A stretch of DNA of 64,000 nucleotides, taken from an uncultured Bacteroidales bacterium (GTDB lineage: Bacteria; Bacteroidota; Bacteroidia; Bacteroidales; UBA10428). A program made the position numbers and the translations under genes. A model generated the notes under the pieces. The model did no database searches. It saw nothing but the letters and a program-made list of their open reading frames with translations, and was not told the DNA's origin. The stretch is from positions 65,565 to 129,564 of the forward strand of contig CAZLLD010000001.1 in NCBI GenBank assembly GCA_964560225.1, given 5' to 3'. Below, piece after piece: positions 39,799-48,299 of the stretch (its first letter is position 1; each line of letters starts with the position of its first letter).

Positions 39799-40233
39799 AT
39801 GCTTTCTAACACAAGCAAATACGCGATCCGGGCGATGATTTACCTGGCCCTTCACACGCCAGCTGTAAAGAAAATGGGCATCAAACAAATATCGGAGGAG
39901 TTGGACCTTCCGGCCCCCTTTCTTGCCAAGATTCTTCAGGCGCTGGCAAAAAATAAGCTGCTGAAATCCAATAAAGGTCCAAACGGAGGATTCTCATTAG
40001 CCAAAGATGCTAACAAAATTACGCTGTTTGAAATAATCCGGATCATTGACGGGAATGATATTTTTGATCAGTGCCTGATATCGATGAGGACATGCCATGA
40101 AGAAGGAACACCCTGCCCCATTCATGCCCGTTATGAACCTGTACGAAATGAAATCAGGAAGCTCTTTCAGGAACAGAATTTGGGGAGCCTGGCAGAGGAT
40201 ATCAGGTCGCAGGAAAAGATTTTTGCTTTATAA
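39799..40233 (+). CDS. Rrf2 family transcriptional regulator
   Basis: 144 aa. N-terminus MLSNTSKYAIRAMIYLA, wHTH region, and three clustered Cys (CLISMRTCHEEGTPCP) suggesting Fe-S ligation. Confidence 0.85.
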   Translation: MLSNTSKYAIRAMIYLALHTPAVKKMGIKQISEELDLPAPFLAKILQALAKNKLLKSNKGPNGGFSLAKDANKITLFEIIRIIDGNDIFDQCLISMRTCHEEGTPCPIHARYEPVRNEIRKLFQEQNLGSLAEDIRSQEKIFAL

Positions 40234-40606
40234 AATACGCGGTTGATACGCCGGCAATTGAACCGATAAGATCAAAAGCAAGATCCATCAGGCTGCCAGA
40301 CCGATTGATTGCAATAATGGTGTATTGAAGCAATTCTGTCAGCATTCCAAATGAAAAACAAGCCAGTACCGAAATGATCAGTAAAGAACGAACACGATTC
40401 TGCTTTTTGAAATGGTTTATAGAATCAAGGTACAGCATGAAGCTCAGGGTAAAGAACATGATAAAATGAACAACCAGGTCAGTCCCGTCAAATTCAATGT
40501 GAATTTTTTCGAATTCACTGCCTGGAAAAAGACATAAGGCAAGTATGGCAACAGAAACAGAAATTGTTTTCCAGTAGTGAATGAAAAAGGTTTTCAATCC
40601 AGTCAT
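40202..40606 (-). CDS. VanZ-like family membrane protein
   Basis: 134 aa with four hydrophobic helices. DLVVHFIMFFTLSF and TELLQYT...NRSGSLMDLAFDLIGSIAG resemble the VanZ family signature. The 3' end overlaps the convergent Rrf2 gene by 32 nt. Confidence 0.6.
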   Translation of the reverse strand: MTGLKTFFIHYWKTISVSVAILALCLFPGSEFEKIHIEFDGTDLVVHFIMFFTLSFMLYLDSINHFKKQNRVRSLLIISVLACFSFGMLTELLQYTIIAINRSGSLMDLAFDLIGSIAGVSTAYFIKQKSFPAT

Positions 40607-40615
40607 ATCAAAAGT

Positions 40616-42556
40616 TTAGGAAGGTGTTACAAAAATTCTCTCGCCCAGGCCCTTTGCAAGGTTCATTTTAAGGTTATTAAGCACTACAAACTTCACCTGA
40701 AGGGTCTGAATTCTTTCCTCATTGTTTTGTTGCTGTGCGAAGCGAAGTGCCTCTTCGGTCTCTTTGATCAGCCTGATCACCTTTTCATTTTTGAACGCCA
40801 GAAGTGCCTCCGGTACGATTTCTTTGAGGCGCATTTCTTCAGTAGCCATATAATTTTCGTAGCGCCGCCAAATCTTACTTAAGTCATAAGCCGAGGTAAT
40901 CAGGTCAACAATGGTTTTTGAAAAAGCATTGTTGCTGTGGTTGATGAAATACTGTTCGGTAATTTCCTGATGCTGCTGATTCAGTGCAAGAATTTCAGTA
41001 TAAATTTGGTTAAAAACAGGATGGTGAAATTCCAGTTCGTCATTCCCGATTTCTTCAATCAGGTAATCTGCCACGGTTATTTCAGCTTCTGAATCGGGCT
41101 GTACTTTTATCGGATGACCAGAATACAGGATCAGCAACCGGATGATCTCCTTTTCAGCGGAATATGTCTGAGGAATACTCTCATACTTCAAGGAAGAGGC
41201 AGCATCCATGTCGGACGGCAGCTCTTTTGCTTCTGATTTTTTGGTTTGTTGTTCAAATCTGTTCTTTCTGAAACGGGCAGCTTCGGTATACAGAAGTTTC
41301 TCATCAACATCAAGCAGGCGGCTGCATTCACGAATATAAACCGACCGAACAATATTTTCGGGAATGACAGAAATGGTGCGCACTATCTCAGTAATCAGGG
41401 TAGCCTTCTTCAGCGGGTCGTTTTCTGCTTCCTTTTTAAGGAGATTGGTTTTAAAGGAAATAAAATCCGTTTCATTAGCCTGGATAAAGGCGGTGAAGTC
41501 ATTCGCACTGTGTTTGTGGCTGTAGGAATCCGGATCTTCACCATCGGGTAAAAGTACCACCCTGACATTCAGACCTTCCTCAAGCAGCAGGTCAATCCCC
41601 CTGAGTGATGCTTTGATACCGGCTTCATCACCATCGTAAAGAACGGTAATATTGTGGGTAAACCTTTTAATGAGCCTGATCTGGTTCTGGGTAAGGGATG
41701 TTCCGGATGAAGCCACCACATTTTCGATTCCTGCCTGGTGCATGGAAATCACATCGGTATAGCCTTCAACCAGGAAACAGGTGTCATTTTTAAGAATAGC
41801 CTGTCGCGCAAAATACAGTCCGTAAAGGATATCACTTTTATGATAAATATCCGATTCCGGAGAGTTCAGGTATTTGGCAGTTTTCTCATCAGCTTTCATG
41901 ATGCGACCACCAAAACCCAATATCTGGCCGGTTAGTCCGTGAATCGGAAACATGACTCTTCCATGAAACCGGTCAAAGGAAGTGCTGTCGCGCTGAATGG
42001 TCAGTCCGGTTTTAACCAGGTATTCCAGCTTGAAAGCACTGTCGAGCGCAGTTTTTGTAAAGGCATGTTTGTCTTCGCGTGCATAGCCCAGTTGAAATTT
42101 CCTGATGATGTCTTCACGAAGTCCTCTTTCAATGAAATAACTCCAGCCAATAGCCTTTCCTTCAACACTATGCAATGTATTCACAAAATACTGACAGGCA
42201 AACTGATTTACAGCCAGAAGACTTTCGCGTTCATTTTTAAGCTGTTTTTCTTCAATGGAGTCTTCTTTTTCAACGATTTCAATGTTGTATTTCCGTGCCA
42301 GATAACGCAGCGCCTCGGGATAGGTGAGCTTCTCGTTTTCCATGAGAAAAGCAACCACATTGCCTCCCTTACCTGTGCTGAAGCATTTGAAGATGCCTTT
42401 TGAAGGACTTACAAAGAATGAAGGTGTTTTTTCATTTTTAAAGGGACTTAAGCCACGATAGTTCTGACCGGCTTTTTTCAGGTTGACAAATTCGCCGATT
42501 ACTTCAACAATATTTGCTGCAGCGAATATCCGGTCGATGGTGGCTTTATCAATCAT
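40616..42556 (-). CDS. dnaG: DNA primase
   Basis: The first ATG (42556) gives MIDKATIDRI..., the usual N-terminus; the track start 42592 is TTG. It has a zinc-ribbon-like region (see findings), an RNA polymerase core, and a TOPRIM domain (CFLVEGYTDVISMHQAG...VLYDGDEAG). Confidence 0.9.
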   Translation of the reverse strand: MIDKATIDRIFAAANIVEVIGEFVNLKKAGQNYRGLSPFKNEKTPSFFVSPSKGIFKCFSTGKGGNVVAFLMENEKLTYPEALRYLARKYNIEIVEKEDSIEEKQLKNERESLLAVNQFACQYFVNTLHSVEGKAIGWSYFIERGLREDIIRKFQLGYAREDKHAFTKTALDSAFKLEYLVKTGLTIQRDSTSFDRFHGRVMFPIHGLTGQILGFGGRIMKADEKTAKYLNSPESDIYHKSDILYGLYFARQAILKNDTCFLVEGYTDVISMHQAGIENVVASSGTSLTQNQIRLIKRFTHNITVLYDGDEAGIKASLRGIDLLLEEGLNVRVVLLPDGEDPDSYSHKHSANDFTAFIQANETDFISFKTNLLKKEAENDPLKKATLITEIVRTISVIPENIVRSVYIRECSRLLDVDEKLLYTEAARFRKNRFEQQTKKSEAKELPSDMDAASSLKYESIPQTYSAEKEIIRLLILYSGHPIKVQPDSEAEITVADYLIEEIGNDELEFHHPVFNQIYTEILALNQQHQEITEQYFINHSNNAFSKTIVDLITSAYDLSKIWRRYENYMATEEMRLKEIVPEALLAFKNEKVIRLIKETEEALRFAQQQNNEERIQTLQVKFVVLNNLKMNLAKGLGERIFVTPS

Positions 42557-42676
42557 ATTCAGAAGGTTGCCAAAAGCGATTTCATTATCCAAAGATGCAC
42601 AAATTATGGGTGAAAAAACAAACCCACCAGTGCCATTCCTGTGTTAATATTGCAGGAGATCTTTTTCTGGAAAGTA

Positions 42677-43210
42677 TTAAAAATGAACCATTGAAAAAAC
42701 GTCGAAAGGAGGGCAAAGGCGCTTTCTGCCCTGCAGAAAATCAAGTTCAACGATGAAGCTGACAAATATTTCCTGAACGCCGGATAATTGAACCAGGTCA
42801 ATGGCTGCCAGGGAAGTACCGCCGGTGGCAAGCAGGTCGTCGTGAAGCAATACTACGTCCTGATCGTTCAATGCATCGCGGTGAATTTCCAGCGTGTCTG
42901 TGCCGTATTCCAGTTCGTAGGTTTTGCTAAGGGTTTCAGCCGGTAATTTTCCGGGTTTTCTTACCGGTACGAAACCAGCACCAAGTTTATAGGCAAGAGC
43001 GCCTCCGGTGATAAATCCCCTTGATTCAACAGCAACTACTTTGGTGATTCCCATGTTGGCATAATGTGATGCCAGATGATCAATGATCAAGCTAAAAAGT
43101 TCAGGTTTTTTTAAAACCGTTGTAATATCTTTAAATTGAACACCCTTGACAGGAAAATCGGAAATATTCCGTATGGAATCTTTGATGGAATTAAATAGAA
43201 TGTTGGACAT
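42677..43210 (-). CDS. apt: Adenine phosphoribosyltransferase
   Basis: 177 aa. FPVKGVQFKDIT motif and PRPP loop VVLLHDDLLATGGT. Confidence 0.95.
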   Translation of the reverse strand: MSNILFNSIKDSIRNISDFPVKGVQFKDITTVLKKPELFSLIIDHLASHYANMGITKVVAVESRGFITGGALAYKLGAGFVPVRKPGKLPAETLSKTYELEYGTDTLEIHRDALNDQDVVLLHDDLLATGGTSLAAIDLVQLSGVQEIFVSFIVELDFLQGRKRLCPPFDVFSMVHF

Positions 43211-43378
43211 CAGGCAAATTTTACAGTTGCAAAAATAAAAGAATTTAGCTGAATAATGACATTGAAGAGTTTATGCAACGATGTTTGATTGCTATCTGAC
43301 CGGAACTATTAAGGATAATACTTGAAAAATTGAAATATTATGCCTAAATTTAGAAAAGGTTGAAAGCTTCATAAGACT

Positions 43379-44071
43379 ATGCATCTTGATCTGCTAAAAT
43401 ACGCTTCTGACCGTATTCAACAGGAAAGTGAACGTGGCATGGAAGCGGGTCCCGTAATTACCCTTTCGAGGGAATATGGTTGTCCTGCGAAAATTATTGC
43501 AGGCAGATTGGCTGAAGAACTGACCCGGAAAATGTTTGTTAAGGGAAAAGAAGCAAAATGGAAATTTGTTACCAAGGAAATCATGGCAGAGTCAGCCAAG
43601 GCGCTGGAGGTAGACCCCGACAAGATCAAATATGTTTTCGAGTACGAACAAAAGGGCACATTGGACGCCATTATATCTGCCCAGTTCAATAAATACTACA
43701 AAAGCGAAAGAAAGATCATGAATACGGTTGCGAAAGTGATCCGCAACATGGCATATGAAGGAAACGTTATCATAGTTGGCCGGGGCGGGGTAGCCATTAC
43801 ACACGACATACCCAAATCATTGCATGTTAATCTGGAGGCCCCTATGGAATGGAGGACCATGCGCATTTCAGAGACCTATAAAATTACCCCCGAAGAAGCA
43901 AAAAAAACGGCTGTTGATATTGACAGGAAAAGAAGGGAATTTCGTGAGTATTTCCAGGGTAAGGGTACGGATTATACCCGGTTTGATTTGACCATCAACA
44001 GCATGTCGTTCACCATTGAAGAAATTGTGCATATGATTCTTAAGGCTGCTGAGATCAAAAAACTGATTTAG
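43379..44071 (+). CDS. Cytidylate kinase-like family protein (P-loop-lacking AAA/CMK-like)
   Basis: 230 aa. ITLSREYGCPAKIIAGRLAEEL and IIVGRGG resemble the family annotated as 'cytidylate kinase-like family protein' in Bacteroidota. Confidence 0.7.
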   Translation: MHLDLLKYASDRIQQESERGMEAGPVITLSREYGCPAKIIAGRLAEELTRKMFVKGKEAKWKFVTKEIMAESAKALEVDPDKIKYVFEYEQKGTLDAIISAQFNKYYKSERKIMNTVAKVIRNMAYEGNVIIVGRGGVAITHDIPKSLHVNLEAPMEWRTMRISETYKITPEEAKKTAVDIDRKRREFREYFQGKGTDYTRFDLTINSMSFTIEEIVHMILKAAEIKKLI

Positions 44072-44085
44072 GTCTTTTCTCTTAA

Positions 44086-44757
44086 TTATTCCTGGTTTTC
44101 CTCAATTGCCCTGTTGAGAAATTCGTTGAAGGGGTATATTTCCCGGAAAACTTTCCGTAATTCCTGAATCAAGGCATTACTGTGGTAAAGCTGGTCAGGT
44201 TCGTTTTTAACTAAAGTGTAGTGTTTATATTTCAGGTATTCCAGATCTTCATAATCTTTTGGGAAGCCCTTGGGTGCCGTTTTTAGTTTTTCGCCCCATA
44301 ATTCCCTGCCGAAATGCTTAACAAAAGAAGGTTTTTCAACAATGGCTTTGAATTCTTCCATGTTTTCATAGATTTCTTTGCGAAGGGCCTTTAATACCCT
44401 ACCGGAAGGCATATAAATTCCTCCAGAAAGGAAACATGCGCCCGGCTCAAGGTGGATGTAATAACCGGCCAGGATGCTCTTTTTGCCTCCTGAAACAATA
44501 TAAGCGCCCAGATTGGTTTTATAGGGCGATTTGTCATTTGAAAAGCGAATATCCCGGTTGATCCTGAAAATGGATGCTTTGGCTGTAGTTTGTGCCGATT
44601 TCTTGTCAAACACGCTGATTTCTGCAATGGCCAGGTTGACCAGGTTTTCAAATTCTTTTCTGGCAACCAGATAAGTCGATCGGTTTTCATCGAACCATTC
44701 TTTATTGTTGTTGTATTTCAATTCAGTGAGAAAAGAAAAAGATGCTTTGCTGATCAT
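44086..44757 (-). CDS. DUF2461 (TIGR02453) family protein
   Basis: 223 aa. FSFLTELKYNNNKEWFDENRSTY and FRINRDIRFSNDKSPYKTNLG match the family signature. Confidence 0.8.
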   Translation of the reverse strand: MISKASFSFLTELKYNNNKEWFDENRSTYLVARKEFENLVNLAIAEISVFDKKSAQTTAKASIFRINRDIRFSNDKSPYKTNLGAYIVSGGKKSILAGYYIHLEPGACFLSGGIYMPSGRVLKALRKEIYENMEEFKAIVEKPSFVKHFGRELWGEKLKTAPKGFPKDYEDLEYLKYKHYTLVKNEPDQLYHSNALIQELRKVFREIYPFNEFLNRAIEENQE

Positions 44758-44832
44758 GTATTTCGGAATTAGAGCAGTAAATGAATGGATAAATGTCGAT
44801 TTTTGTAAATTTAGAACAATATTCTCGCAAGC

Positions 44833-45501
44833 GTGAAAAAAATTGTACTGATTGTTGCCGGGGGGTCTGGAACACGAATGAATTCGGAAATTCCCAAACA
44901 GTTTATGTTGTTACATGATCAGCCGGTACTGATGCATACTCTGGGTGTTTTTAACCGGTACAGCCCGGACATGGAAATTATTCTGGCCTTGCCCGAGAAC
45001 CAGGCCGGAAAATGGGAGAAGCTTTGCAAAACGCATGAATTTTGCCTCCGACACAAGGTTGTTTCAGGGGGAGAAACCCGTTTTCATACAGTAAAAAATA
45101 ATATTGCCGGGTTACCCGACGGGAGCCTGGTTGCAATTCATGATGGCGTGAGGCCATTGGTCAGTTTGGATACAATTGACAGATGTTTTCAGGCCGCCGC
45201 AGAATTTGGGAGTGCCGTTCCGTGTATTGAAATACCAGAAACATTAAGGTGTCTGAAAGGAAAAAGCAGTATGCAGGTTGACAGATCAACCTACCGGCTG
45301 ATACAAACCCCCCAGGTCTTTACTGCAGAAATTTTAAAAAAAGCATATAACCGCGATTATCTTCCCGGATTCACTGATGATGCAGGTGTAGTGGAGAGCC
45401 TGGGACATGCCATCCATCTTGTTCCGGGAAATCCTGAGAATATCAAAATAACTTATCCGCAGGATCTGACAATAGCAGCTGCACTGTTAAAGGATTCATA
45501 G
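44833..45501 (+). CDS. ispD: 2-C-methyl-D-erythritol 4-phosphate cytidylyltransferase
   Basis: 222 aa, GTG start. Motifs are IVAGGSGTRMNSEIPKQF, VAIHDGVRPLV and TPQVF. Confidence 0.9.
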   Translation: MKKIVLIVAGGSGTRMNSEIPKQFMLLHDQPVLMHTLGVFNRYSPDMEIILALPENQAGKWEKLCKTHEFCLRHKVVSGGETRFHTVKNNIAGLPDGSLVAIHDGVRPLVSLDTIDRCFQAAAEFGSAVPCIEIPETLRCLKGKSSMQVDRSTYRLIQTPQVFTAEILKKAYNRDYLPGFTDDAGVVESLGHAIHLVPGNPENIKITYPQDLTIAAALLKDS

Positions 45502-45535
45502 CAGACATACCGGGATCAGCAGTAAACAGAACAGT

Positions 45536-46222
45536 TCAGGGTTGATATTCGGTAATTGTGCCGCCTGAATTGGTGATTCGGTTTACTTTCCCGGGATTGC
45601 CCTTATAGGAAATAAAACCTTTTGATCCGGCTTCGGCATCCAGTTGACTTTCCACGTTAATTTTGGCTTTGCCTCCGGCAACGGCCTTAACTTTGGCAAC
45701 TTCGGTTTCCAGATCGAATGCAGACAATGTTGCTGTTGTTGAAACAACTATATCCATACCGGTTGCATAACCTTCAGCACTCAAGATGGAACCTTCCGCA
45801 ATTCTGCCTGAAAGACTTTCCACGTCAGCATCCAGGTAAAGAACACCCCCGCTTTTCAATTCCACGTGCAGGGAGTCGGCTTTAAATAAGGATGTGGTGC
45901 TTACGTCAGCACCATTGTTCACTTCAATATCGGTAAGTTTGACAAAATGAAGTGTTATCATCACCTTTTTCTTGGCAAAAGGTTCCCCGTAAATACTCAC
46001 GTTCAATGTACCGCCTGAAATATCGGTTTTTACAGCAGAAGCACTGATGCCCTGTGCCTGAATAGATGCAGACTCCTTATCAGATTTCACCAGGCGCACC
46101 ATGATTCTGTCGCCCACCACCAGTTTTGAAAAGGGAGCCAGTTCCCGGTTCACGGGCTCCTGTGAATAAGCAGTAGCAGTAAGTAACAAACTTACAAGTA
46201 TGAGTAATGTTTTTCTAAACAT
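45536..46222 (-). CDS. DUF2807 / head-GIN domain protein (exported beta-helix-like)
   Basis: 228 aa. Signal peptide MFRKTLLILVSLLLTATAYSQ. Repetitive G-rich beta segments (GGTLNVSIYG, SGGVLYLD, GGKAKINV) are typical of the putative auto-transporter adhesin head GIN domain. Confidence 0.7.
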   Translation of the reverse strand: MFRKTLLILVSLLLTATAYSQEPVNRELAPFSKLVVGDRIMVRLVKSDKESASIQAQGISASAVKTDISGGTLNVSIYGEPFAKKKVMITLHFVKLTDIEVNNGADVSTTSLFKADSLHVELKSGGVLYLDADVESLSGRIAEGSILSAEGYATGMDIVVSTTATLSAFDLETEVAKVKAVAGGKAKINVESQLDAEAGSKGFISYKGNPGKVNRITNSGGTITEYQP

Positions 46223-46331
46223 GGCAGGAAAAATTAGTTTGTAAAGAAACGTTTCAACAGGAAGTACTATTGTGTGAAAACAGCACGTTGATGCCTGAAA
46301 ACAAAGTCAATAATTTCCAAAAAGTTCCGGG

Positions 46332-46709
46332 TCAGCGGCCAACTTCAACCAGGTTGAACGGCATGTGAAGCAGCGACTGGAATACTTCACCTGCCTCAAG
46401 CATGCTGTCGTCATCGGAATCATAAAACCAATTTACGGTAATGATTTTCTTTCCATGAAATTTGTTCTGTAACCCTTTAAGGATATGAAACAACCACTTG
46501 GATGAACTGGAGTTCATATAATTCAGAACGAAATCGACAGACAAATGAGTTTTCACTTCTTCAACATGTTCCTCCAAAATAGTAATCAGTTCTTCATAAA
46601 ATGGAGTTGGATCTTCCAGCCTGGATTGTCCGGAAATGACAATCCGGTGATCTTTTCCGATTACTTTAACACAGGGTGTAAATAAGGTCTCCTTGATTGC
46701 TGTAATCAT
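46332..46709 (-). CDS. SiaC-like DUF1987 family protein
   Basis: About 125 aa from the ATG at 46709 (the track's TTG start is 46718). GQSRLEDPTPFYEELITILEEH..., LNYMNSSSSKWLFHILKGL and VNWFYDSDDDSMLEAGEVF match my recollection of the DUF1987 consensus. Confidence 0.75.
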   Translation of the reverse strand: MITAIKETLFTPCVKVIGKDHRIVISGQSRLEDPTPFYEELITILEEHVEEVKTHLSVDFVLNYMNSSSSKWLFHILKGLQNKFHGKKIITVNWFYDSDDDSMLEAGEVFQSLLHMPFNLVEVGR

Positions 46710-46918
46710 GCCGCACAAAATTTTAAACTAAAATAATCCAAATAGATACAGGAATTGGCGTTGTTATGAATTAGTTATCAACTATCTGCAAATTAACGGC
46801 AGGAATTTTGTCAACACCGTAAATATGCAAGCCATCAATAGCCGGCCACTATTATAAAACAACAAGGTATATTAGCAGGAGATAAGGAAGAGGAATTGCT
46901 GGGTTTTTAAGTAAAAAT

Positions 46919-47299
46919 TCAGAAAGAATATTCTATAGCCAGCGCTTTTTCAAGTGATTCACGACTTATTTCGTCTTTAATGATGTAGCTGCGGGCACCG
47001 GCTTCAATCATTTGAACCACATACTTCATTTCGGAATGGAATGAAACGGCAACCACTATGAGGTTTCTGTAAAGTATGGTGGCTTGCCGGGTAGCTTCAA
47101 TGCCATTCATATTGGGCATATTGATGTCCATAAAAACAAAATCACAAACCTTGGCCTTAAGCTGGTTCAGGCAATCCTGTCCGTCAACGGCTGTGGTAAT
47201 TGACTCCAGCCGGTCTTCAAAATAATCCATTAACATGAATCTCAGCGCATTCACAAAATGAGGATTATCGTCAACAATCAAAACTTTCAACTTCTTCAT
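46919..47299 (-). CDS. Single-domain response regulator (CheY-like receiver)
   Basis: 126 aa. VLIVDDNPHF, phospho-acceptor context DFVFMDINMPNMNG, and AVSFHSE...AGARSYIIK. There is no output domain. Confidence 0.9.
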   Translation of the reverse strand: MKKLKVLIVDDNPHFVNALRFMLMDYFEDRLESITTAVDGQDCLNQLKAKVCDFVFMDINMPNMNGIEATRQATILYRNLIVVAVSFHSEMKYVVQMIEAGARSYIIKDEISRESLEKALAIEYSF

Positions 47300-47649
47300 C
47301 CTATCTGCATTATTTGGTTATCCGATGCGCGTTTTAACCAATTTAAGTATCAACGTATTTAATTTTATCGAAATTAATAAATAAAAGCTTAAATTATGCT
47401 CATGCAACCAGGATTAATTGAGAAACTGAAACAACACCTGTATAAAAATCCAGCGGGAAGTCAGTAAAACCAACTCCCCGCTTTCCTACCTAAATCCAAC
47501 CAAACCCTATCTTAAATATCTTTATACAGAAAACCAATTTCACTTTTTTGTACTATGCCAAAGGTAATTTGAGATGCCTTAAATAAACTGGTAAAATTTA
47601 CTTATATTTTCCATATTTCTACGCATTAAAATATACGTAAAAACCGACG

Positions 47650-48279
47650 TTATATGGATAACAAATTGTGCTTCAGCGCAAAAATAACCAATCGGATTGA
47701 GTTCTTTGAACCGGTTTTTTCCAGCAAATGGGTTCGGTGCCTTTCAACAGTGCGTTGGCTGATTTTCAGCTTATCGGCAATTTCTTTGTTGGACAGGCCC
47801 TGGGCGATCAGTTCCAGGATTTCCTTTTCACGACGGGACAGTTTAATGGAACCAATATTGGAACTCTTACGAATGATGTTAAGTAATACTTCCTGTGAAA
47901 AGTATGTTTCACCAGCGAGCACTTTATTAATGGCAAGGAAAAATTCTTCATTATCAGAGTCTTTAAGCAGAAATCCCTTAATTCCCTCGTCGAGCAGGGT
48001 ATTGTAATATTCCATATCATCGTACATCGAAAGAACAATAATTTTCAGGTCAGGATACCTGGCCATAGCCAGTTTTGTAGCCTCAATACCGTTCATTCTG
48101 GGCATGTTAATATCCAAAATAACCAGAGAAGGCTTTTTGTCTTCAAGCATACTGAGCAATTCAAATCCGTCAGAAGCCTCCCCTATTACCGAATATTTAT
48201 TGGAAGCTTCCAGGATAAATTTCAGGCCGCTTCTGAAAAGGCGATGGTCTTCTGCAATGATGATACCGGGTTTAACCAT
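47650..48279 (-). CDS. NarL/FixJ-family response regulator (receiver plus LuxR-type HTH)
   Basis: 209 aa. IIIAEDHRLF, LVILDINMPRMNG, and the C-terminal LSRREKEILELIAQGLSNKEIADKLKISQRTVERHR. Confidence 0.9.
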   Translation of the reverse strand: MVKPGIIIAEDHRLFRSGLKFILEASNKYSVIGEASDGFELLSMLEDKKPSLVILDINMPRMNGIEATKLAMARYPDLKIIVLSMYDDMEYYNTLLDEGIKGFLLKDSDNEEFFLAINKVLAGETYFSQEVLLNIIRKSSNIGSIKLSRREKEILELIAQGLSNKEIADKLKISQRTVERHRTHLLEKTGSKNSIRLVIFALKHNLLSI

Positions 48280-48299
48280 GGCGACAGGTGTATATAAAA

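Noticed and set aside
40202-40233. 32-nt 3'-end overlap of the convergent Rrf2 and VanZ-like genes, with other near-zero convergent gaps at 7305/7308 and 23821/23829
   Set aside because: Tail-to-tail overlaps and abutments are common in compact genomes. There is no extra structure in the sequence to suggest regulated antisense control.
47396-47467. 23-codon plus-strand ORF (MLMQPGLIEKLKQHLYKNPAGSQ) in the 350-nt gap between the two response regulators, plus an imperfect hairpin AGCGGGAA...TCCCCGCT at about 47452..47485
   Set aside because: The ORF is on the opposite strand to all its neighbours, with no ribosome-binding or promoter signal I can see. Its length is compatible with chance in AT-rich DNA. 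The hairpin has a mismatch and only a weak U-tract, so at best it is a weak terminator for the NarL-type gene.
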